A DNA stretch of 63,817 nt, filler included, from Lama guanicoe (lineage: Eukaryota), in NCBI GenBank assembly GCA_013239625.1. It is 140 parts of 140 records of this genome, joined end to end, with 100 filler letters (N's around TTAATTAATTAA, not from the genome) between each part and the next. Parts side by side here need not be neighbours in the genome. Positions count along the whole stretch, not along the records: positions 11,834 to 12,189 come from PNXV01057860.1; positions 12,290 to 12,645 come from PNXV01057861.1; positions 12,746 to 13,101 come from PNXV01057862.1; positions 13,202 to 13,557 come from PNXV01057863.1; positions 13,658 to 14,013 come from PNXV01057864.1; positions 14,114 to 14,469 come from PNXV01057865.1; positions 14,570 to 14,925 come from PNXV01057866.1; positions 15,026 to 15,381 come from PNXV01057867.1; 132 more parts are not named here. One strand, given 5' to 3'. Every line of letters starts with the position of its first letter. Position 1 is the first letter of the stretch. The notes beneath the pieces are model-generated. The model did no database searches and was not told where the DNA came from. It was given only the letters and a program-made list of their open reading frames with translations. Position numbers and translations under genes: made by a program. This document shows positions 11,734 to 23,132 of this stretch, piece by piece.

Positions 11734-13820
11734 NNNNNNNNNNNNNNNNNNNNNNNNNNNNNNNNNNNNNNNNNNNNTTAATTAATTAANNNNNNNNNNN
11801 NNNNNNNNNNNNNNNNNNNNNNNNNNNNNNNNNCCCGTGAGTGTGGAAAGTCACTTCAGGTGGCAGCGGTTCTGACCTCTGGGTCCCTCCTCAGCCTGAA
11901 AGGAGTGCTTTCTGGAACTGCACGCGTCCCACGGGCTCTGGTCCCGGACAGACCGTTTCCCTACGTTGTCGCTGGACACGGGGCCAGCAGGGGGGCCGTG
12001 CCCCACAAACCTCACTCCTTCTGCAGTGAGAACTCAGGACGCATCAGTAAACACGCATGTCAGTCGTGGTAACTTGTGAACCAAGTTTAGCAAAAATATA
12101 TTGAGAATAAAAGCCAGAAACTGGTAAGAAGCCAACTGAAAAAATATACAAACTTCCCCCAAGCACTGGTGAGAGCCCCGGGGGAGGCTNNNNNNNNNNN
12201 NNNNNNNNNNNNNNNNNNNNNNNNNNNNNNNNNTTAATTAATTAANNNNNNNNNNNNNNNNNNNNNNNNNNNNNNNNNNNNNNNNNNNNGATTTCAGCAG
12301 GCGGCAAGCAGAAGAGAGAGCCAGGCTCTGGGCAGCCCTGGGCTCAGCTCTGTCCTTCCAGAAAGAATCATCTCGCTCTGCGGGGGGCCCAGCAGGCCAG
12401 CCCCAGGCCTTCCAGCACCTCTGCCTGCCCTACAACTCAGGCTCCGGGTACCACCACCTGGCTAGCTACTCCAATAATCTTAACACCCAGGAGTGCTCAC
12501 CCTCTCCTGAGCCACCCTCATTATCTGGGACCTTCCTTTCCTCCTTTAAGCTGGCACCGGCTTTATTAATATTTGAATTCTAATGGTGAATCCTTCAAAT
12601 TAAGGTAGCATTTATAAATACTTTATAGTCAATGAATAATTGACTNNNNNNNNNNNNNNNNNNNNNNNNNNNNNNNNNNNNNNNNNNNNTTAATTAATTA
12701 ANNNNNNNNNNNNNNNNNNNNNNNNNNNNNNNNNNNNNNNNNNNNAGTGTCAGGGGAGCTCCTGGCCTCCACGTGTTGATTGATTTGAGTGGAATGTGGT
12801 CAACACTGCTTTGGGTGGCACCAAAGTAGCTTAAGTGCTGACACTCAGACTAAACAGCCAAAGAAATCTTGTCTTCTAGCTTTAAATGCATTTTATTTCC
12901 CCCCTGGAGCCAAGAGAAGGGGTCAGATCTTTGTTGTGGTTCACTGCCTATTCCTCCCTCCACTAAGAATTTATCCTTGCTTATACATTTCCACTCTTTT
13001 TGAATTGTCAATGTGGGAGAGTTTCTTAACCTTTTCTTTGGCTTTCAGGTACTTTGTGTTTAGAGTCACTCCTTTCCTGTTCATAAGACACACACACACA
13101 CNNNNNNNNNNNNNNNNNNNNNNNNNNNNNNNNNNNNNNNNNNNNTTAATTAATTAANNNNNNNNNNNNNNNNNNNNNNNNNNNNNNNNNNNNNNNNNNN
13201 NAGACGTCCTGCTTCTTAGCACTACATAATTACTTATAACCATTCCTAAGCCACTCTTGTTTTGAGAGCTTTCCAAAAGAAGCCATTCTCTGAGGCTATA
13301 AAATGTTTATACTTTACTCTGTAAATAAATATATTCAGTAACATGCCTTTTTCCTTGCATTGCTCAAAGGCAAGTTCTTTTATCCTTCAATGCTTGAAAG
13401 GTCTTACAAGAGATAATCATATTTGCAAGGTGGCTCCCCAGTTGAAGGCTGATTTTTTTTTTAATGGTCCATCTTTACTGCAATGGATTTTGCACAGAGT
13501 ATGTGGTGTATGAGTTAATATGATTAGGTGAATTATTGAACAATCAGATATATCTACNNNNNNNNNNNNNNNNNNNNNNNNNNNNNNNNNNNNNNNNNNN
13601 NTTAATTAATTAANNNNNNNNNNNNNNNNNNNNNNNNNNNNNNNNNNNNNNNNNNNNCTCACTCATCTCCGCTGTGTCACCACGTGCCCAAGGCCACTGC
13701 GGTCACTCACATGATGAACGAGGAGACTAGCTCTCCAGTGAGCCCAGGGAGCGGATTTAAAAACAGAAAGAAAAGCTGTCCCGTCTGTTCTGTGAAGCCA
13801 TCGCCTTGTTGGGGCCGGGA

Positions 13821-13996
13821 CAACTGCGTATAAAAGCCAGCGGGGGCACTACTTTCACATCGGCTCCTGAGCTGCCGCGGGACTGACAGGGTGGCGGCTG
13901 TAACTGGCACTCACACGTCCTGGGTGCCGTCAGAAGACTCAGGCCAAAAGGAAAATCTGACCACTTGGCAAAAGATGGACTAATTCCGGAGTAAGA
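13821..13996 (+). promoter_or_regulatory. Candidate TATA-box core promoter and first exon
   Basis: TATAAAAG at 13829-13836 in a GC-rich context, an E-box CAACTG at 13821-13826, a pyrimidine-rich Inr-like tract about 25 nt downstream, and a possible donor GA|gtaaga at 13991. Confidence 0.35.
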
Positions 13997-14113
13997 CAAG
14001 TCCCTTCTCACCTNNNNNNNNNNNNNNNNNNNNNNNNNNNNNNNNNNNNNNNNNNNNTTAATTAATTAANNNNNNNNNNNNNNNNNNNNNNNNNNNNNNN
14101 NNNNNNNNNNNNN

Positions 14114-14469
14114 AAAGAACAGAAGCTGGGCCTTGAGAATGCTGAAGCTTTAATTAGGTTGACTGAAGATGGCAGGGGATGTGAAGTGGTCCAGGAAGTA
14201 AAGTCGTTCAGTCAAGAAGACAGAACCGCAAAGCAGGTGCCTCTGCTCTTCGCCCTCGCCGTTTGTTCCCAGTGCCCTGACAGGAGCACCAAGCAAGCCG
14301 CTTTCAGAGCTGTTTCTGAAATGTGTCGCATTCCTACACACCTCTTCACTTTTATCCAGTTCAAGAAAGAGCGTAAGGAAAGCTTGAAATGTGGCATGTG
14401 GGGCCGTGCGCTCTGGAAGGCTATAGCAGACTGGTACAATGAGAAAGGTGGCATGGCCCTGGCCCTGGC
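14114..14469 (+). CDS. RO60: Ro60 (TROVE2/SS-A) RNA-binding protein, partial coding fragment (about residues 49-167); possibly a divergent duplicate or pseudogene
   Basis: The frame is open across the whole contig: [118 protein letters not shown]. This is collinear with the mammalian Ro60 TROVE domain as I recall it. Confidence 0.95.
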
Positions 14470-14569
14470 NNNNNNNNNNNNNNNNNNNNNNNNNNNNNNN
14501 NNNNNNNNNNNNNTTAATTAATTAANNNNNNNNNNNNNNNNNNNNNNNNNNNNNNNNNNNNNNNNNNNN

Positions 14570-14714
14570 AGGTGATCTGTAGTATACAGAACAGTGTCCA
14601 CAGGTTATATGTAAATACTATGCCATGTTATGTAAGGAATGTGAGTATCATGGGTCTTGGAGTCTGTGGGGGATCCTGGAACCAACCCCTTACAGATACC
14701 AAGGGATGACTGTA
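14570..14714. mobile_element. MER2 (TcMar-Tigger MITE) end
   Basis: aggttatatgtaaatactatgccat...ggggatcctggaaccaaccccttacagataccaagggatgactg, followed by TA. Confidence 0.85.
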
Positions 14715-14719
14715 TATAC

Positions 14720-14925
14720 AAGGGAATGTTATTCAGCCTCAAAAAGAAAGCAAATCCTGACACATGCTGCAACATGGATGAACTCTGAAGACATCATGCT
14801 ATGAAAAATAAACCAATCACAGAATGACAATACTGCATGATTCCACTCATGAGGCAGGTAGTGTGCGCAAGCCCACAGAGACAAAGTAGAATGATGTCTG
14901 CCAAGCACTGGGGAAAAGGGGTAAA
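14720..14925 (+). mobile_element. L1MB-type LINE-1 3' region
   Basis: attcagcctcaaaaagaaagcaaatcctgacacatgctgcaacatggatgaactctgaagacatcatgct. Confidence 0.85.
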
Positions 14926-15025
14926 NNNNNNNNNNNNNNNNNNNNNNNNNNNNNNNNNNNNNNNNNNNNTTAATTAATTAANNNNNNNNNNNNNNNNNNN
15001 NNNNNNNNNNNNNNNNNNNNNNNNN

Positions 15026-15381
15026 ACCAGGGCTTAGAGGGGAGAGAGGAACAAACAGGCAGAGCACAGGAGATCTGTAGGCCAGTGAAACTATTCTGTG
15101 TCGTATTATAATAGTGGACACATGTCATTGCACATCTGCCAAAACCTACAGAATGTACAACCTCAGGAGTGAACTCTAATGTAAATGATGGACTTTGGAT
15201 GATGATGTATCAATGCAGGTCCATCAGTTGTAAAACATGTACCACTCTGGTCCTGGGTGTCCACAGTGGGGGAGGCTGCACTACTGGGGGGATGGGGAGA
15301 ATCTAGGAATCTCTGTACTTTCTGCTTAATTTTGCTGTGAACCTAAAATTGCTCTAAGAAATAGTCTATTTGAAAAAAAAA
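15026..15381 (+). mobile_element. L1MC-type LINE-1 3' end
   Basis: gcagagcacaggagat..gtgaaactattctgt..gagtgaactctaatgtaaa..ggacttt..ctctgtactttctgcttaattttgctgtgaacctaaaattgctcta, followed by an A tail. Confidence 0.9.
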
Positions 15382-17305
15382 NNNNNNNNNNNNNNNNNNN
15401 NNNNNNNNNNNNNNNNNNNNNNNNNTTAATTAATTAANNNNNNNNNNNNNNNNNNNNNNNNNNNNNNNNNNNNNNNNNNNNCCCCTTCAGGCCTGGGGAG
15501 AGGATATTGGTGGCAGAAGTGCCTCCCAAATGCTTGTGGCTGGAGTGGGCCCTGGCATCAGCGGGAACAGGAGCAGGGCAGGATGGTGTAGGCCCTGGAG
15601 GTGAGGGAGGGGGTGCTCTTGCCATTTTTTGCCGCCCTTTGTCCAGGGGAGGAGCCTCGACACCAGAGGCTGCCCACAGCCTGGTCCTGTGAGTGTGTGC
15701 CCGGCCAGCCTGGGGGTGGCTCTTAATTACAGAGGCAGCTCCAGCCACACTTCACTGCCAGGTGCGTGGGCAGGGATGGAATGTCAACGGGAAAACAGGG
15801 AGACAAGAAAACAGAGATAGAATGGGTCAGAAATAACNNNNNNNNNNNNNNNNNNNNNNNNNNNNNNNNNNNNNNNNNNNNTTAATTAATTAANNNNNNN
15901 NNNNNNNNNNNNNNNNNNNNNNNNNNNNNNNNNNNNNCTGGACAAGTTTTCCCTGAAGACATGACATTAAACCAAATATATAAAATGGGATCTGAACAAT
16001 GAGTGTAAAGAACGCAAAGAGAAAAGATGGCTCTTCTTAGTTAAGATAACCTCATGGTCAGAATCTTGACACTGGTAGGAATGTGTCAAGCTCAGATTAA
16101 GTGTTGGTCAGTGAAGCTCTGGTTTAGCAAATTAAAACAGGAGGCCAAGAGGGTTCTGAACGTATTATCCAGGACCTTACAAGTTGTGTTCAGACATTTA
16201 GAGTTTAGTCTTGGGATAATGGAAAAATCATTGAAAGGGAAGGTGATATTTCTTTTGTTTACATGATTAAAATTCTCTGTTTATAATTTAAAANNNNNNN
16301 NNNNNNNNNNNNNNNNNNNNNNNNNNNNNNNNNNNNNTTAATTAATTAANNNNNNNNNNNNNNNNNNNNNNNNNNNNNNNNNNNNNNNNNNNNCCATATG
16401 GCAAAATAGAGTGAAAGGGGTTGGGAGTGAAGAGGGTTGGGAGAACCTTGCACAGTGCCTGTCATGTGGTAGGTGTTCAGTAAATACTGATGGAGGAGAG
16501 TGAAATAAAATAATAAAGATTAAAAAGCTGAGTAAGTGTATCACTGAAAGAGAGGATGGTGGACATGGCAGTTTAGCAGTGTGGAGTGATGACTGCTGAG
16601 TGTGTGAAGTCATGGGAAGAGCCAGGGGCAGAATTCGGAGGGCAGTTTGGGGTTAGGGACAGGATAAACCGTGTTGTTGATTTTGTGTTCATAGTGAGTG
16701 CTCATGTGAGGACCCAGGAAAAGGCCTGGGAGCGTGCGCAAGGGATGACNNNNNNNNNNNNNNNNNNNNNNNNNNNNNNNNNNNNNNNNNNNNTTAATTA
16801 ATTAANNNNNNNNNNNNNNNNNNNNNNNNNNNNNNNNNNNNNNNNNNNNTGGCTAGTGTGTTAACTTCTCTGTGCCTCAGTTTCCCACATGTCAATGGGT
16901 GGCTCCGTGAGGCATCACACTAAAGGGCTTCAACCAGGCGCTGGCTCCTGCTGAACTCTCAGGACACGGTGGTCCTGAGCCCCCGCCCCCACCCACCTGT
17001 ACAGCCTCGGCTTCAGAGCACGGTCTGCCTGGGCATGGTCTGCACTGTGTGTCCTGCACTGACAGCTGCTTGGACCGGCATCTCAAGGACAGGAGTCCCC
17101 CACGACACCCAGCCCTCAGTCCTCACCTGTGGCATTGTGAGGACACCGGACTGCGACCACCTCTCTGGCCAGGATCTCCTTCCAGAGCACAGCACCGAAG
17201 CTGTCNNNNNNNNNNNNNNNNNNNNNNNNNNNNNNNNNNNNNNNNNNNNTTAATTAATTAANNNNNNNNNNNNNNNNNNNNNNNNNNNNNNNNNNNNNNN
17301 NNNNN

Positions 17306-17500
17306 ATCCAGCAAGGCTCTCATTCAGACTTGATGGAGAAATCAAAAGCTTCACGGATAAACAAGAGCTAAAAGATTTCAGCACCACCAAACCACCTTTA
17401 CAGCAAATATTAAATGACCTTCTCTAGTCATCAAATCATAAGAAAGGGAACATAAAGAAGAAAGAGAAAAAAACAAAAAAGAGAAAGAGAGACCTACAAA
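17306..17500 (+). mobile_element. LINE-1 ORF1 C-terminus and A-rich inter-ORF spacer
   Basis: Translates to PARLSFRLDGEIKSFTDKQELKDFSTTKPPLQQILNDLL* (TAG at 17425-17427), the conserved ORF1p C-terminus. Confidence 0.92.
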
Positions 17501-17660
17501 AGATTGCTTTGGCTGTTCAAGGTCTTTTGTGGTTCCTTACAAATTGTGGAATTGTCTGTTCTAGTTCTGTGAGGAAAGTCACAAGTATTTTGATGGGGGT
17601 TGCATTGGATTTGTGGATTGCTTTGGGCAGTGTGGCCATTTTGATAGTGTTGATTCTTCC
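17501..17660 (-). mobile_element. LINE-1 ORF2 fragment in the opposite orientation
   Basis: The minus strand gives GRINTIKMATLPKAIHKSNATPIKIL..FLTELEQTIPQFVRNHKRP*TAKAI, which is L1 ORF2 downstream of the RT domain. Confidence 0.92.
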
Positions 17661-17923
17661 NNNNNNNNNNNNNNNNNNNNNNNNNNNNNNNNNNNNNNNN
17701 NNNNTTAATTAATTAANNNNNNNNNNNNNNNNNNNNNNNNNNNNNNNNNNNNNNNNNNNNTCAGTAAATTTTGTCTATTATTATAATGAATAAAATATAC
17801 TCCTTAAGATGTTACTGAATATTCCATGATAAAGGGATTTCCAAACAATTCAGACATGCTGGGTTAAGCAAAGTTATCCTTTTTAAAATTATACAGTTGA
17901 CTACAATATTTTGTTTGTCTCAG

Positions 17924-18116
17924 GTGGTTCATTGTTTTTGTATTGACTGAAGGATGTCTGCATTTTTACTTGGGGCATACAAATCTACAAAATGGGACTA
18001 TGCTCTTCAGCCTTTCTCAGGCTTCTGTAACCACAGAAAACTTTTTGAATGAAGCATCTCATGATACATTTATGGTGCTCCGAAGTGATTTTCTAGCAAC
18101 TTTGGAGTCATACATA
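17924..18116 (+). CDS. Candidate internal coding exon, gene unidentified
   Basis: Branch-like TTGAC, a T-rich tract and cag|G acceptor (17921-17923), then a frame open to the contig end: WFIVFVLTEGCLHFYLGHTNLQNGTMLFSLSQASVTTENFLNEASHDTFMVLRSDFLATLESYI. Confidence 0.4.
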
Positions 18117-21100
18117 NNNNNNNNNNNNNNNNNNNNNNNNNNNNNNNNNNNNNNNNNNNNTTAATTAATTAANNNNNNNNNNNNNNNNNNNNNNNNNNNN
18201 NNNNNNNNNNNNNNNNGAACTAAGGAAATTTTATTTTTAAACCTGTAAGACAGAATGACAATGATTTCATTTGAGAGAACAAATCTCTTTTTCAATTTGA
18301 AGGGAAGGAGTAATAGAAAGGCAGTGTTCTCAACAATTAGCTAAGAATCACATAAAAATAAGAAATATTTCTTAGGAAATATCAGTTATCAGCACCATCT
18401 CAAAAAAGCACTTGGGATGCAACTATCTGTTTACCAGTTTCTTCCAGTCACTTAAGTTAACTAACAGTTCTCAAAGGATTCAGACTTTATAGCCTAACAG
18501 AATTTGTCATAAAAAATATACACAAACAACCAAATATGAGTATTGAAACTAGCTTGAGAGTAATGTTTCTCANNNNNNNNNNNNNNNNNNNNNNNNNNNN
18601 NNNNNNNNNNNNNNNNTTAATTAATTAANNNNNNNNNNNNNNNNNNNNNNNNNNNNNNNNNNNNNNNNNNNNTGCACTCCCAAGCCAAGCCAGTTTTCCC
18701 TGCTGGACTGGAATGGCCTGGTGAGCCCTTCACTAACCAGGAGGGGCACTCTGCCCAGGTCCCATTTCTCCTTGAGCTGGGAGGCCGGCCCAGAGATGAC
18801 TGGGGCACTATGCCCCCTACCTCTATGCAAGACTCTGTGAATCCTGTCTGCCACCTGAAGTTGGGATTACCAGTTTCTAAGGATATTGGCTATTACTGGG
18901 GCTTTATCAGCCTCATCAAATCCTTAGTTACTTATTGATCCTGGCCAGCCCAGTCCCTTTAAGACCTGACAACCTCTGAGACTGCAAAAGCTGTCTCCCC
19001 CAAACCAGAGTCCTGGGGCAGCAACTCTNNNNNNNNNNNNNNNNNNNNNNNNNNNNNNNNNNNNNNNNNNNNTTAATTAATTAANNNNNNNNNNNNNNNN
19101 NNNNNNNNNNNNNNNNNNNNNNNNNNNNGTATAACTGAGTCACTTTGCTATATATCTGAAATGAACACATTATAAATTAACTATAACTAGAAATGGTTAA
19201 AATGTAAAAAACAAAACCAAGAAGGTTGGTAGGGTGAGCAGATACAGCACAGAGCAGCATAACTCCAAGTACATGGTTGCAAACGGGCAGCAGCAGAGCT
19301 AAAAGCACGCACTACCCGATAGGCAGCGGCTTAACGGTACACGGCTACCCGCAGGCAGGTGCGCCTGCAGTGTTTTTGTAGCCGTGTCCTTCGTTCCAAG
19401 TGTGTCCATGGGTTATGTCACTGGCTAATTTGACTCCCTTATATTTGATTCTAACCACCTGCCCAAATTGAAGTTTCTGTTCTTNNNNNNNNNNNNNNNN
19501 NNNNNNNNNNNNNNNNNNNNNNNNNNNNTTAATTAATTAANNNNNNNNNNNNNNNNNNNNNNNNNNNNNNNNNNNNNNNNNNNNATCCCTTATTATAGGC
19601 GAATAATCAGGAAAACTTTAAGTAAACCATTATGTAAACATGTTTATAGTGACTGATAGAATGGCTGAAAAGTATAAAGGGAAGGATGGATTAAATTCAT
19701 GACAACTGGAAAATTGAATAAATGGTACATGAGATCACTATCTAGTATTTCTTACACTTGCATATGAATCTACAATTATCTATAAGTAAAAAGATTAATT
19801 AAAGTATTTTCACACTGAATATAGCATTTTATTTAAAAATGCATTATGGCTAAGAATACAAGAAGAATCTAGCAGCAAAGAAAATTATTGATGTAATTGG
19901 TCACATTAGCAGAGTCATGAAACAAAATCACAAGATCATCNNNNNNNNNNNNNNNNNNNNNNNNNNNNNNNNNNNNNNNNNNNNTTAATTAATTAANNNN
20001 NNNNNNNNNNNNNNNNNNNNNNNNNNNNNNNNNNNNNNNNTTCTCTTTAATAGTGACTTGTTTAGTTCAAAAGTACACAGAACCATTTGCCCTTTGGAAG
20101 TGTAGGTGTTTGTTCAGAGAAGAAGAGCACTTTAATATCAGTTCAGAAGGAGGAACGTACACGTTCGTCCAAGCAGAGCATAATGCTGAAGACGGGAGGT
20201 GCCCCTCAGCTGAATATTCACGAGCCAAGAGAGGCCCCACGATGCTGGTCTGGGACTGCTGACCCACCTCATGGCCTCAGCCGACCAGAGAGGCCACTGT
20301 TTAGAAAGCTTCTGTTGTATCACCCAGATTTCCACCTGCCGTGCATACATTTACTTGCCACCTGGTCCAGGCTTGAACTCACCATCTTCCTCCTTTNNNN
20401 NNNNNNNNNNNNNNNNNNNNNNNNNNNNNNNNNNNNNNNNTTAATTAATTAANNNNNNNNNNNNNNNNNNNNNNNNNNNNNNNNNNNNNNNNNNNNTGAA
20501 ACCAAATTTATCATTTTCCTAAATTAAAAAGAAAATTCTGAACAATCGCTTTTTATTGACAGTACCCCAACTTTCATCACCAAACACCAATACCCAAAAT
20601 CTCCTTTGTCCTTTGCCTCTCCGTTTTCTTTACTGTCCACATCCACAGATACCCCTGCCGTCCTCTGCTCACAGTGGCCACCCCGGGAACAACACACACA
20701 CTGTACCAAGGCCGACCTCCTGGGTTTGACACTAAGATACAGGTATGTAAGATGCAGCCCCTGGGGCAAACCAAGTGAAGGGTACATGGGAGGGACCTCC
20801 CTGTACTGTATTTGGACTTCCTATCAATCTATGATTATTTAAAAATAAAAGGNNNNNNNNNNNNNNNNNNNNNNNNNNNNNNNNNNNNNNNNNNNNTTAA
20901 TTAATTAANNNNNNNNNNNNNNNNNNNNNNNNNNNNNNNNNNNNNNNNNNNNGGAGAGGGAGAAAGAGAGAAACTAGTCAATTCTACATTATCTTGATTT
21001 AACCTGTTCATTTTATGAGATTATTTTTTCTTGGTTGTCTTTATAACAATGGATGCCTGCCATCAGGGAAAGACAATTTTAAAAGTAGAAAAAAAAATTT

Positions 21101-21134
21101 AACCAGGATACAATTTTTATGATTATTCATTGAA

Positions 21135-21308
21135 TGTTACTGACCTAAAACAAGAAGACTGCCAGTCATTTCTCCAGCAAAAATGGGTTTATTTGGGATT
21201 GGCAGAGAATTGCAATTCGATGTCTGCAAGCACTATGAGCCACCTGCAAGTCCCCACATAGCAAGAGAAGGGGAACTCTTTTGCAGAGGGGGGACAAACT
21301 TGAAGGGG
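21135..21308 (-). mobile_element. Probable ERV1-class LTR 3' end
   Basis: The plus strand begins tgttact (LTR terminal ...CA on the minus strand) and contains gggtttattt, which is AATAAA on the minus strand, about 50 nt inside. Confidence 0.5.
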
Positions 21309-21408
21309 NNNNNNNNNNNNNNNNNNNNNNNNNNNNNNNNNNNNNNNNNNNNTTAATTAATTAANNNNNNNNNNNNNNNNNNNNNNNNNNNNNNNNNNNN
21401 NNNNNNNN

Positions 21409-21764
21409 AAAAAAAACCTTATGTCCACATACCAAGAAATAGTCCACAAGTGTTCACAGCAGCATTACTTATAACAGTCCAACAGTGGAAACAACTGTAA
21501 TTTCCTTCAACTGATGACTAGATCAAGAAAATGTGGTGTATCCAAGCAAAGAACTGTTATCCAGCAATAACAAGGAATGAAGTACTAACACATGATACAA
21601 ATGGATGGAGACTGAAAACATTATGCTAAGTTAAAGAAAGCAGCTAAAAAGACCACATACTGTATTATTCCATTTATATAAAATGTCTAGAACAGACAAG
21701 TTCACAGACACAGAAAGATCAGGGGTGGCCTAGGACTGGGGAGGGAGGTGGGGGAGGAGGAGGA
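21409..21764 (+). mobile_element. L1MB-type LINE-1 3' region
   Basis: gtgttcacagcagcattacttataacag...aaaatgtggtgtatcc...gaaaacattatgctaagt...ttccatttatataaaatgtctagaacagacaa. Confidence 0.88.
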
Positions 21765-21864
21765 NNNNNNNNNNNNNNNNNNNNNNNNNNNNNNNNNNNN
21801 NNNNNNNNTTAATTAATTAANNNNNNNNNNNNNNNNNNNNNNNNNNNNNNNNNNNNNNNNNNNN

Positions 21865-21980
21865 TCCTGCTGTCCTTCCCACGCTCCCGTGTCTGTTTCC
21901 TGGGATCCCTCTCAAATCAGCTCTTTGCACTCAAATCCTATTCCCCGGGTCTGCTGAGGGGGAACCCAAATCACAACAAT
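21865..21980 (+). mobile_element. LTR16-like ERVL LTR 3' end
   Basis: ttgcactcaaatcctattccccgggtctgctgagggggaacccaaatcacaaca resembles recalled LTR16 ends (TTGCACTCAAATCCTTGTCTCAGGGTCTGCTTCTGGGGGAACCCAAACTAAGACA). Confidence 0.65.
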
Positions 21981-22589
21981 ATCTAGTTGAGCCACTTTGT
22001 TTCCCTGATTTTTGATGCGCAATGAACAAGAAGGGTTGTGGGGGCCAGATCCCTGGGCTAGGGGAGAGGAGGGCCTGCTTTTCTCGTGTGACCTTGGGAT
22101 GTGCTGATCAGAGTGAAGGGGGGAGTTAAAGCTCAGCCATTTTTAGAGGGCTGTGGGTGAGACTCTGGCCACTCTGGCTGTGACTTGCCCTTTGGGGCAG
22201 GGCCCCTGTGCCAGGGTGTCNNNNNNNNNNNNNNNNNNNNNNNNNNNNNNNNNNNNNNNNNNNNTTAATTAATTAANNNNNNNNNNNNNNNNNNNNNNNN
22301 NNNNNNNNNNNNNNNNNNNNATGCCCAACCATGAATCACACCAAAAGATGTTTTTATGTGCCTTTTGCTATGATACAACATGAAGAATGCTGCACCCCCA
22401 ATGATGTATTCTCACCACAGAGAATAGGCAATATTTATAGGAAATACAGGGAGCAGATGAACAAGTTAAATGATACCATGAGGAAGCAATCAGCTACACC
22501 TAGCTGGGGACACCTTCTACAGGCCAACTGGCCCATGGTCTACATCAAATCAAATCAATGTCATGGGAAAGAAACAGGATTGTTCTAGA

Positions 22590-22676
22590 CACTTGCTACT
22601 CAGAGTGTATTCCATGGATTCCAGCAGCAGCATCACTTAAGAGTTTGTTAGAAATGCAGAAGTTCAGGCCCCTCTC
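22590..22676. mobile_element. MER5A/B hAT MITE fragment (another near 41065-41180)
   Basis: tgctactcagagtgtattcc..ccagcagcagcatcacttaagagtttgttagaaatgcagaagttcaggccc. Confidence 0.8.
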
Positions 22677-22979
22677 NNNNNNNNNNNNNNNNNNNNNNNN
22701 NNNNNNNNNNNNNNNNNNNNTTAATTAATTAANNNNNNNNNNNNNNNNNNNNNNNNNNNNNNNNNNNNNNNNNNNNGTGCTCAAAGGGCTTAGACTCTTC
22801 CCCTTCTTCTGGTCCTCACGTATCCTCATCAGAACTGCCCTCTGCAGATGTGCAGATGTCAGGAGCCTCTAATCGGTCGAGTCAGTCCCCCTAGTGCCTC
22901 TGTTCCCTTTCTGCCTTCAGACATAGTGTGTGTATAAAAATATGTTTCCTAATTTCATCCAAAATGAAGACTTACGGAG

Positions 22980-23132
22980 AAAGACAAATATCACATGATA
23001 TCATTTATATGTAGAATCTAAAAAGAAAGGATACAAATGAACTTATTTACAAACTGGAAATAGACTCCATATAGATATAGGAAACAAACCATGGTCACCA
23101 AAGGGAAAAGGCGTTGGGGGGAGGGATAAATT
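22980..23132 (+). mobile_element. 5'-truncated LINE-1 3' UTR
   Basis: aaagacaaatatcacatgatatcatttatatgtagaatctaaaa...gatacaaatgaacttatttacaaa...ggagggataaatt. Confidence 0.88.
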
